This document shows, one piece after another, positions 56,769 through 64,000 of a stretch of 64,000 nucleotides of DNA. The notes below the pieces were generated by a model. It saw only the letters and a program-made list of their open reading frames with translations. It ran no database searches and was not told the origin of the DNA. Each line of letters opens with the position of its first letter. The first letter of the stretch is position 1. This DNA comes from Bacteroidia bacterium. GTDB lineage: Bacteria; Bacteroidota; Bacteroidia; NS11-12g; UBA9320. The stretch spans positions 18,907 to 82,906 of the forward strand of contig JAGVMN010000005.1 of the NCBI GenBank assembly GCA_020053795.1. Direction: 5' to 3'. Both the position numbers and the translations under genes were made by a program.

Positions 56769-58280
56769 ATGAAAAGAATCCTTCTCCTCCTTTGTCTCGT
56801 TTATTCAATAACCGCCAATGCCCAAAGAAGCATAGAGCTTTTGGGGGCCGATGTATCGGAATACGATCAGTCCATGGTGGATGCCGAAAGACTCATCGGC
56901 AACGTGCGTTTCAAACAGGACAATGTTTACATGGATTGCGACTCGGCATGGTTCTATCATGAGGACAATAAGATTGAGGCCTTCGGTCATATTTTTATCC
57001 GGCAACAGGACACCCTGAATCTCTGGGGAGATTATTTGCTCTATAATGGCGACACCAAACAGGCTTTGGTCAAAAATAATGTCAGGCTGACCGACCGCCA
57101 AATGACCCTGACTACTGATCTGCTGAACTATGATATGAATAACAAAGTGGCATGGTACACTACAGGGGGAAACATTACCAATGCCAATGATCATCTTTAC
57201 AGCCGAATAGGGTATTATTACTCGCGGAACAAAGACTTTCATTTCAACAAAAACGTCAAGCTCACCAACCCCGAATACGTTATGGATTCGGATACCCTGC
57301 GGTACAACACCGACCGCAAGGTTGCCTTTTTTCACGGGCCGACTCATATCCGTAGCGAAGAGAACACCATCCATTGTCATTATGGTTGGTACGACACCGA
57401 TCTGAATACCTCGGAGTTCAGCAAGGGAGCCTCCATTGAAGGGGCTGAAAACAAGCTATGGGCCGACAGCATGGTCTATAACCGAAACACCGGGGTTGGC
57501 AGAGCTTTCAGGAATATAGTGCTTCACGACTCGGTGGAAGAAGTACGCATAGCAGGAGAATACGGCAAATACAAAAGATTTGAAAAAACAACCTGGATCA
57601 GTGGCAACCCCATTGCCATGAAGTTTTTGGACGACGACACCTTATTTATGAAGGCCGACACTTTGGTTGACAAAACAGACACCACAACAGGCCAAAGGGA
57701 AATGATTGCCTACCACAAAACGGTTATGTACAAATCGGATATGCAAAGCGTGGCAGATTCGATGATTTACAATTTCACCGATTCTACCATAACCCTTTTT
57801 TATGACCCTGTGATCTGGAATGAAGTCAATCAGGTCACCGGTGACACCCTGATTATTTTTCGCCGCAACAACAAGCTCGACCGCATGGAGGTAAAGAAAA
57901 AAGCCTTTATCGTTTTGCAGGAAGACAGCATCAAATACAATCAGGTGAAAGGACAAAATATGACGGCCTGGTTCGCCAATAACAAGATCAACCATATCCG
58001 TGTTTACGGAAACGGGCAGAGTATTTACTATGCCAAAGAAGATTCGGTGAACTATACGGGAGTGAATGAAATAGTGTGCAGCGACATGCTGATTGTGGCT
58101 GATTCAGGAAAAATTAAACACATCACCTTCTATACCCAGCCCGAAGGTACTTTTTATCCACTGGAACAATTTCCGGAAGACAACCTCTACCTGCCCGATT
58201 TCAAATGGAGGGATGCTCAAAGACCCAAGCAAGAGCAGTTTTTGAAAGAGATGAAACGGTTGGTGCCGAAGGGGGATTGA
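56769..58280 (+). CDS. OstA/LptA-like domain protein
   Basis: The ATG at 56769 gives the signal MKRILLLLCLVYSITANAQ. Repeated OstA-like strands follow (LIGNVRFKQDNVYMDCDSAWFYHEDNKIEAFGHIFIRQ...). Confidence 0.7.
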   Translation: MKRILLLLCLVYSITANAQRSIELLGADVSEYDQSMVDAERLIGNVRFKQDNVYMDCDSAWFYHEDNKIEAFGHIFIRQQDTLNLWGDYLLYNGDTKQALVKNNVRLTDRQMTLTTDLLNYDMNNKVAWYTTGGNITNANDHLYSRIGYYYSRNKDFHFNKNVKLTNPEYVMDSDTLRYNTDRKVAFFHGPTHIRSEENTIHCHYGWYDTDLNTSEFSKGASIEGAENKLWADSMVYNRNTGVGRAFRNIVLHDSVEEVRIAGEYGKYKRFEKTTWISGNPIAMKFLDDDTLFMKADTLVDKTDTTTGQREMIAYHKTVMYKSDMQSVADSMIYNFTDSTITLFYDPVIWNEVNQVTGDTLIIFRRNNKLDRMEVKKKAFIVLQEDSIKYNQVKGQNMTAWFANNKINHIRVYGNGQSIYYAKEDSVNYTGVNEIVCSDMLIVADSGKIKHITFYTQPEGTFYPLEQFPEDNLYLPDFKWRDAQRPKQEQFLKEMKRLVPKGD

Positions 58281-58301
58281 GGATTCCTCTTTAAATCCAT
58301 T

Positions 58302-58919
58302 ATGTTTGTGAAAATGCTCAGAATATCAGGAATGAGAATCCTTGTAACAATTGCACTGTTCACTTTTGGTATCGGAACCACTTATTCCAAGGGTAAGGAC
58401 AGTCTTTCTGTTTACCCAAATCCTTTCGCTGATTCAGCTACCATTTATTTCGAGCTTGAAAAATCAGACACGATTTCTTTGAAAATTTACAATTTACTTG
58501 GACAAGCGATTGTGACTTATTTTGAAAAAACGGTCTTACCAAACGGTTCCTATTCCGTAGTGTTAAAAGGTGATTCTTTGCCGGACGGGATTTATAATAT
58601 TCAACTCAAAATTGGTTCAGCAAAACAGAAATCTCAAAGAGTCATTAAATTGGCATCTGCCTCTATTAAGAGTGAATCAAAGAATATTCAATTCGATAAT
58701 CTGCTTTTCCCTAACCCAACTTCCGGTCATCTCAACATTCCTATTGACGGCAAAAAGACGATTCTAATCGCTGACATGACTGGTAGAATCTTAAGGAGTT
58801 TTGAAACCGATTTGAATATTGTTTCAGTTTCGGACTTGCCGGATGGGGAATATGCAGTAACTGTTCTTTCTGACCAAAAACAGGTTGTTTTGACTCAAAA
58901 AATGATCAAGGGATTTTGA
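58302..58919 (+). CDS. Protein consisting of a signal peptide plus two tandem type-A T9SS C-terminal sorting domains
   Basis: CTD 1: LSVYPNPFADSATIYFELEKSDTISLKIYNLLGQ...DGIYNIQLKIGSAKQKSQRVIKL. CTD 2: LLFPNPTSGHLNIPIDGKKTILIADMTGRIL...DGEYAVTVLSDQKQVVLTQKMIK. Confidence 0.8.
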   Translation: MFVKMLRISGMRILVTIALFTFGIGTTYSKGKDSLSVYPNPFADSATIYFELEKSDTISLKIYNLLGQAIVTYFEKTVLPNGSYSVVLKGDSLPDGIYNIQLKIGSAKQKSQRVIKLASASIKSESKNIQFDNLLFPNPTSGHLNIPIDGKKTILIADMTGRILRSFETDLNIVSVSDLPDGEYAVTVLSDQKQVVLTQKMIKGF

Positions 58920-59039
58920 TAATTCAGTTAAAATAGTCAATGGTTACAGGCCATGACAAATAACGGAGTTCCTAATCACAATTATTGTTTGTAAATTTGT
59001 ATTCGATTTTTAGAAATCATCTAACTATTCAAAAGTCTA

Positions 59040-59246
59040 ATGAAAAATAAGAAAGCAAAAAAACAAAACTCTTTTGAAGAAGATCATTACAAAATAATTA
59101 AGGATTTTCAGAAGGTGGATTCCCCTTTTACACAAGACCCACAATGGAACAATCCTGGCGATTTCATTGTTAAATTTTCGCTGTATCAGGAAACCCCTAA
59201 CAGCATAACGTCAACTGACACTGCTGTTAATATCGGGGTTTTGTAA
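59040..59246 (+). CDS. Hypothetical 68-aa protein, coupled to the downstream protease gene
   Basis: TAATG stop/start overlap at 59244-59248. No recognisable family. Confidence 0.4.
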   Translation: MKNKKAKKQNSFEEDHYKIIKDFQKVDSPFTQDPQWNNPGDFIVKFSLYQETPNSITSTDTAVNIGVL

Positions 59247-60165
59247 TGCCTAATTGGAAAGAAGTCTTAGATGAAATACAGCTTGAAGCTAAGAGAGGTG
59301 TTCCCAATGCTCTCGACGTTGTAAGAAGAAAATACATTCTCGAAATTCACAGAAAAACCGGTCGTAACGTAATTGCATATTATTCTGGTTGGTTACAACG
59401 CGGAAATGCGATTGATGTAATTGTAAACGATAAAGACAAGAATGCCTTTATGGTTAACATTCATAAACTTGATAGGACTAAAGGGCTTGATTAATCTTAC
59501 ATACACCAGGTGGCGATCTTGCAGCAACTGAAAGCATTGTAGATTATCTTCACCTTATGTTTGACAATGATGTTCGTGCCATTATTCCACAAATCTCGAT
59601 GAGTGCCGGCACAATGATGGCTTTATCTTGTAATGAAATTCTAATGGGTAAACAATCAAACTTGGGTCTGATTGATCCTCAAATGGGAGGGGTGGCATGT
59701 CAGGCTGTATTAGATGAATTTCAAAAGGCAAAAGATGACATCAAAGCAAATCCTCAATCTGCGGCATTATGGCAAGTTATAATTTCAAAGTACCATCCTA
59801 CCTTTCTCGGTGCATGCCAAAACTCCATTGATTGGTCTGAAAAGCTTGCATACGATTGGTTGAAAAGAAATATGTGTAAGGGCGATGCTGAGAAGACGAA
59901 AAAAATTCTTAGAGAATTCAGCGATCACAAAACTAACAAATCTCATTCTCGTCATATTTCCAAAGACAAATGCAAGGAAATCGGACTTTCAATAATTGAC
60001 ATGGAAACCGATAATGACGTACAGGATTTAATACTTACCGTACATCATTCTTTCATGCATACCTTTGCTCATAGCACTGCCACTAAAATCGTTGAAAACC
60101 ATTTAGGCGTAGCATACATTGAAAGTTTACCCATTCAAATGCAACAAGTGTCACAACAACAATAA
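59246..60165 (+). pseudogene. SDH-family (serine dehydrogenase proteinase / ClpP-SppA fold) serine protease with a single frameshift
   Basis: ORF 59246-59494 ends ...KGLD*. The frame opening at 59491 continues LILHTPGGDLAATESIV...ISMSAGTMMALSCNEILMG...LGLIDPQ. The family motif GLD-LILHTPGG is restored if one T is added at 59491/59492. Restored length is about 306 aa. Confidence 0.7.
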
Positions 60166-60417
60166 AGGGATTTGACACTTAACCCATTTAGAACAATAAA
60201 CTATACATCAGACTCTCAACTAAAATCGCGAGTTGAGTTTCAATACCTTAAGATTTTGCTTTCAAGCTATCAAAGAATTAACAAGCCTTTGACTCATCCA
60301 GATTGCATGATACCGTTGATAATTTTCGTCAGACAAACAAGAATATAATATTAACCTTGCATGAGGCACGCATTATGTCTTGACTAAACGCGTTAATCAA
60401 AAAGAACAAATACTAAA

Positions 60418-63336
60418 ATGCTCCGAATCTTTAAATTTTCCGGAATCTTCTGTCTCATTGGGTTGCTGCTGATCTCCAATCCAACGAGCACGAGATCGGT
60501 CAATGCACCCAAAGTAGATTGGGTGGAAACGAAAATGTCAGGCATGACCCTCGACGAAAAGATCGCCCAACTTTTCATGATAGAGGTGCGACCTACCCTT
60601 GGCCCAAAACATCTGGACGAAGTAGAAAAAATAGTGAGACAACACCAGGTGGGCGGATTGATTTTTTTTAAAGGCGATCCTTTGACACAGGTGAAACTCA
60701 CCAACAAGTATCAGGCAATGAGTAAAACGCCCATGTTTGTGGCCATAGATGGCGAATGGGGATTGGCCATGCGTCTGAGCGAAACAGTTTCCTACCCTTA
60801 CGAAATGGCACTTGGTGGAATAGAAGGAGAAGATTTGGTTTATCAAATGGGAAGACAAATTGGGAAACACTGCCGCCGTATGGGTATTCACATCAACTTT
60901 GCTCCGGTGGTTGACATAAACAACAATCCTAAAAATCCGGTTATTAATTTCCGCTCTTTTGGCGAAGACCGCTTTAATGTAGCCAAAAAAGGCTGGGCAT
61001 ACGCCAAAGGTATGCAGGATGAAAATGTGATGGCCTGTGCCAAACATTTTCCCGGACATGGAGATACCGACACGGATTCACATCTTGATTTGCCGGTCAT
61101 CAGGCACAACAGACAACGACTTGATTCACTGGAGTTTTTTCCATTCCGATATCTGATTGACAGTGGCGTGATGAGTGTGATGACGGCACACCTGTTTATT
61201 CCGGCCATTGACAATACTCCGAACCAGGCAATTTCTGTCTCAGAAAAAGCCATCAACGGTTTGCTCAAAACTGAAATGGGCTTTAAAGGCCTGGCGATTA
61301 CCGATGCGTTGAATATGCAGGGTGTTGCCAAGTTTTACCAGCCCGGGGAGTTGGATCTGAAAGCTTTGATTGCCGGAAACGATATTTTACTGGGCCCCGG
61401 AAATGTACCCAAAGCCATTGAGATGATCAAAACCGCTTTGACTCAGGGAAAAATCACAAAGGAATATCTGGATGCTAAAGTTCGGAAGATTTTAAATCAT
61501 AAACTTTGGGCTGGACTCGATACTTTCATCAAAATTGATGAGAGCCACTTAAAAGAAGACCTCAACACAACGGCAGATGAAAAGCTTTTAGCTCAATTGG
61601 CAGAAAAGGAAATTTGTCTGGTGAAAGATCAGGAATCTTTGCTCCCATTAAAAACAGGGAAGACTCAAAGCATTATTTCAATTGCCATTGGAACATCGGT
61701 TCAGAATGAATTTCAAAAGACCCTGAAACTCTATGCCCCCGTTAAAAGCTATCAGGCCACAAAAAAAAGCACCTATGTGCAATTGAATACGCTGGCAAGC
61801 AAATCAAAAAACACGGACATTTTGGTCATCAGCCTGCATGGTACCAGCAAATTACCGGCTTCCAACTATGGCGTTCCGGCTGAAGCTGCCAGGTTTGTTA
61901 GAGAGATCAGCAAAACGAGAAAAGTGGTTTTCGTTGATTTTGGCAATGCCTATAATCTGAAGAATTTCTCAGGTGCGAAAACAGTTGTATTGGCTTATGA
62001 AGACCAGGCGATTAACCAGATGAAAGCCGCACAGGCTTTTTTTGGAGCCATAGCACCAACGGCCCATCTTCCGGTTACAGTCAATCAGGAGTTTTATCAT
62101 AATATGGGCTTGACTTATTCGTCAAAAGATTTGTTACGACCCGGCCTTCCCTCAGAAGTGAAAATGAACGGGCAAAAACTGTCAGAAATTGACAAGGTTG
62201 TGAACAAGGCCATAAAAGATGGAGCCACCCCTGGCTGCCAGGTTTTGCTGGCCAAGGATGGTAAAATCATTTTTCAAAAATCTTACGGGCATACCGATTA
62301 CAACTTGAAAAAAACCGTCACCAATGATATGCTCTATGATCTCGCTTCCATAACCAAAGTGGCGGCTACCACCATGATGGTGATGAAATTATACGAAGAA
62401 GGCAAGTTGGAATTAGATGATAAACTCTCCAAATACCTGCCTGCCATGGACACTACCGACAAAAAGGATATTACCATAAGGCAGGTACTGACGCACAAAG
62501 CGGGTCTTAGGGATTGGATACCCTTTTATCAGGACCCGATGAACGACCCCATTGCCAGAGATACAGTTTTCTCCTCCGTTCGGGAGGGCAAATTCTCTGT
62601 AGAATGTGGCAGCGACTATTGTATGAATGTTAACTACATTCCCGTCATTTTTACCCGCATTTACGAATCTAAAACAAAACCAACCGGTGAGTACCTCTAC
62701 AGCGATTTAGGGATGATACTGATGCGTTTTGTGATAGAGAAAATAACCGGTGAGCCTTTGGATGTTTCCGTTCAAAAATATTTTTACGAACCCATGGGAA
62801 TGATGACCATGACCTATACCCCTTTGAAAAAGTTTGATGTCAACCGTATTGTTCCCACGGAGAAAAACCCCGATTTTCGCAAAGGAATTTTACAGGGGTA
62901 TGTTCACGATCCGGGAGCCGCCATGCTGGGTGGGGTTTCCGGTCATGCGGGCTTGTTCTCTAATGCCACTGATCTCGCCATTTTAATGCAAATGCTTTTG
63001 AACGGAGGTACCTATAATGGTGTCAGATTCCTCAAACCCGAAACCATAGAACTCTTCACCAAACAACAGTCGAAAGACAGCAGACGCGGATTGGGGTTTG
63101 ACAAAGCCGAAATGGATAAAAGCAAGATTTCTCCCGCTTCTCAATACTGTTCTGCTTTTTCATTCGGTCATACCGGATTTACAGGTACCCAGGTTTGGGC
63201 CGACCCAAAACAAGGGCTTATTTATGTATTTCTCTCCAACCGAACCAACCCGAGCTCAGAAAACCGTTTGCTCATTAAGAATAATGTCCGGACAGATATC
63301 ATGGACATTATGTATCAGGCAGTGGAGGGAGAATGA
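60418..63336 (+). CDS. Glycoside hydrolase family 3 (NagZ-like beta-N-acetylhexosaminidase) fused to a serine hydrolase/beta-lactamase-family domain
   Basis: GH3 motifs (AIDGEWG, KHFPGHGDTDTDSH, ITDALNM). C-terminal class-C-like SxxK (LASITKVAATT), and YSDLG, HTGFTG. Confidence 0.9.
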   Translation: MLRIFKFSGIFCLIGLLLISNPTSTRSVNAPKVDWVETKMSGMTLDEKIAQLFMIEVRPTLGPKHLDEVEKIVRQHQVGGLIFFKGDPLTQVKLTNKYQAMSKTPMFVAIDGEWGLAMRLSETVSYPYEMALGGIEGEDLVYQMGRQIGKHCRRMGIHINFAPVVDINNNPKNPVINFRSFGEDRFNVAKKGWAYAKGMQDENVMACAKHFPGHGDTDTDSHLDLPVIRHNRQRLDSLEFFPFRYLIDSGVMSVMTAHLFIPAIDNTPNQAISVSEKAINGLLKTEMGFKGLAITDALNMQGVAKFYQPGELDLKALIAGNDILLGPGNVPKAIEMIKTALTQGKITKEYLDAKVRKILNHKLWAGLDTFIKIDESHLKEDLNTTADEKLLAQLAEKEICLVKDQESLLPLKTGKTQSIISIAIGTSVQNEFQKTLKLYAPVKSYQATKKSTYVQLNTLASKSKNTDILVISLHGTSKLPASNYGVPAEAARFVREISKTRKVVFVDFGNAYNLKNFSGAKTVVLAYEDQAINQMKAAQAFFGAIAPTAHLPVTVNQEFYHNMGLTYSSKDLLRPGLPSEVKMNGQKLSEIDKVVNKAIKDGATPGCQVLLAKDGKIIFQKSYGHTDYNLKKTVTNDMLYDLASITKVAATTMMVMKLYEEGKLELDDKLSKYLPAMDTTDKKDITIRQVLTHKAGLRDWIPFYQDPMNDPIARDTVFSSVREGKFSVECGSDYCMNVNYIPVIFTRIYESKTKPTGEYLYSDLGMILMRFVIEKITGEPLDVSVQKYFYEPMGMMTMTYTPLKKFDVNRIVPTEKNPDFRKGILQGYVHDPGAAMLGGVSGHAGLFSNATDLAILMQMLLNGGTYNGVRFLKPETIELFTKQQSKDSRRGLGFDKAEMDKSKISPASQYCSAFSFGHTGFTGTQVWADPKQGLIYVFLSNRTNPSSENRLLIKNNVRTDIMDIMYQAVEGE

Positions 63337-63421
63337 TTAAGGGATTAAAGCTCCTATTAGTTGACAATATTTGGTTCATGGTTAAATTTCGTTGAATAGA
63401 ATCTTATTTTTGCTATTGAAC

Positions 63422-63723
63422 GGTACCCTTCGGCTCCAATGATGTACCCTTCGACTCCGCTCAGGGTACAAATTCTCGTTCATTGAGTTCGGTCATCGAG
63501 CAGAGTTGAGATGGAGTTGAAATGAACGAATATTGAGTCGAGACTGAGACGAAATGAACAGCGATTAATTGGTAGCAAACTTATTTCGGAATAGTACCCT
63601 TCGGCTCCGCTCAGGGTACAAATGCTGGTTCATTAAAAGGAGTCGAAATGAACGTTGATTAATACAGAACAAACGATTACCTTGGACTCCGCTCAGGGTG
63701 CGATATGCGTTCGTTGAGCGGAG
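63422..63723. repeat. Cluster of related hairpin repeats upstream of the GIY-YIG gene
   Basis: gtacccttcgactccgctcagggtac (63444-63469) and gtacccttcggctccgctcagggtac (63594-63619) match at 25/26 and each forms a 7-bp stem. There is a 5' half copy at 63422-63441 and a degenerate copy at 63678-63700. Secondary stems: 63476-63484/63521-63529, 63628-63634/63647-63653, 63687-63695/63715-63723. Confidence 0.8.
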
Positions 63724-63738
63724 TAGAAAAAACATAAA

Positions 63739-64000
63739 ATGAAGAGCATGAAAGGATATATGTACATATTGGAATGTGCTTATGGGAAATATTACACAGG
63801 TAGCACTATAGACCTTGAAGGGAGAATTGAACAGCACCAAAAAGGGGTAGGAGCTAATTTCACAGCAAAGAACCTGCCTATCAGATTGGTTTATTTTGAA
63901 GAATATGAAAGAATAGATCAAGCCTTTTATCGAGAGAAACAGGTGCAGGGATGGAGTCGTAAAAAAAAGGAAGCCCTAATAAATGGAAAAACTGAAGAGC
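63739..64000 (+). CDS. Small GIY-YIG nuclease family protein (3' end outside the window)
   Basis: Hand translation gives MKSMKGYMYILECAYGKYYTGSTIDLEGRIEQHQKGVGANFTAKNLPIRLVYFEEYERIDQAFYREKQVQGWSRKKKEALINGKTEE, open to the window edge. Not in the ORF track because no stop is present. Confidence 0.85.
   Translation, partial: MKSMKGYMYILECAYGKYYTGSTIDLEGRIEQHQKGVGANFTAKNLPIRLVYFEEYERIDQAFYREKQVQGWSRKKKEALINGKTEE

Noticed and set aside
56805-57995. Minus-strand ORFs 56805-57380 and 57642-57995
   Set aside because: They are antisense to the OstA-like gene and have no motifs.
59485-59495. Programmed -1 ribosomal frameshift in the SDH-protease gene
   Set aside because: The join (ctt gat taa) has no X_XXY_YYZ slippery heptamer, and I saw no obvious downstream stimulatory structure. 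A simple 1-nt deletion or a sequencing error is more parsimonious.
60393-61331. Minus-strand ORFs 60393-60707, 60538-61059 and 60888-61331
   Set aside because: They are antisense to the GH3 domain of the 972-aa hydrolase.
63565-63921. 118-aa minus-strand ORF
   Set aside because: It reads through the hairpin repeats and antisense to the GIY-YIG gene. The plus-strand GIY-YIG translation is clearly the real one.
1-64000. CRISPR arrays, tRNA, rRNA, tmRNA and prophage structural genes
   Set aside because: I saw no regularly spaced direct repeats, no GTTCGAATC-type T-arm contexts in intergenic regions and no phage-like gene blocks. This was an eye scan only; tRNAscan-SE, Infernal or minced would be decisive.

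Overview
This 64-kb chromosomal segment reads as a Bacteroidota genome. Evidence: several type-A and type-B T9SS C-terminal sorting domains, bacillithiol bshA, the birA-coaX-OMP-TPR-lptC gene order, and a TAnnTTTG-type -7 box. It is gene-dense, with about 60 protein-coding genes, most of them housekeeping: murF (partial), recX, pheS, mnmG, ybeY, xerD, PBP1A, PIN-PhoH, lptC, coaX, birA, rsfS, yebC, an ABC-F ATPase, lhgO, bshA, Mn-type sodA, rlmB and a GH3/beta-lactamase fusion. I found no tRNA, rRNA or CRISPR array by eye; this is not exhaustive. All family names are pattern recognition on the supplied translations, with no searches run. The non-housekeeping patches, in rough order of interest, are: (1) 39.2-44.2 kb, an effector-less CHASE2 sensor overlapping a secreted FecR-like/TPR-like protein, next to a TlpA-like oxidoreductase and divergent from a lipoprotein made of six 4-Cys tandem repeats that I cannot assign to a family. 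This is my best candidate for an undescribed envelope module. (2) 55.6-56.5 kb, an AT-rich secreted Cys-rich protein plus a small 3-TM protein, resembling a toxin/bacteriocin-immunity pair. (3) 58.3-60.2 kb, a protein made only of two T9SS sorting domains, followed by a two-gene islet with a frameshifted SDH-family Clp-fold serine protease. (4) 63.4-64.0 kb, nested hairpin repeats upstream of a small GIY-YIG gene. (5) 1.6-3.7 kb, a gene-decay zone with a PKD/T9SS pseudogene, an IS982-like stub and an orphan Rhs core. (6) An ECF sigma paired with an anti-sigma::trypsin-like protease fusion. (7) A DtxR/MntR regulator divergent from a di-haem/Rieske/porin operon next to sodA.
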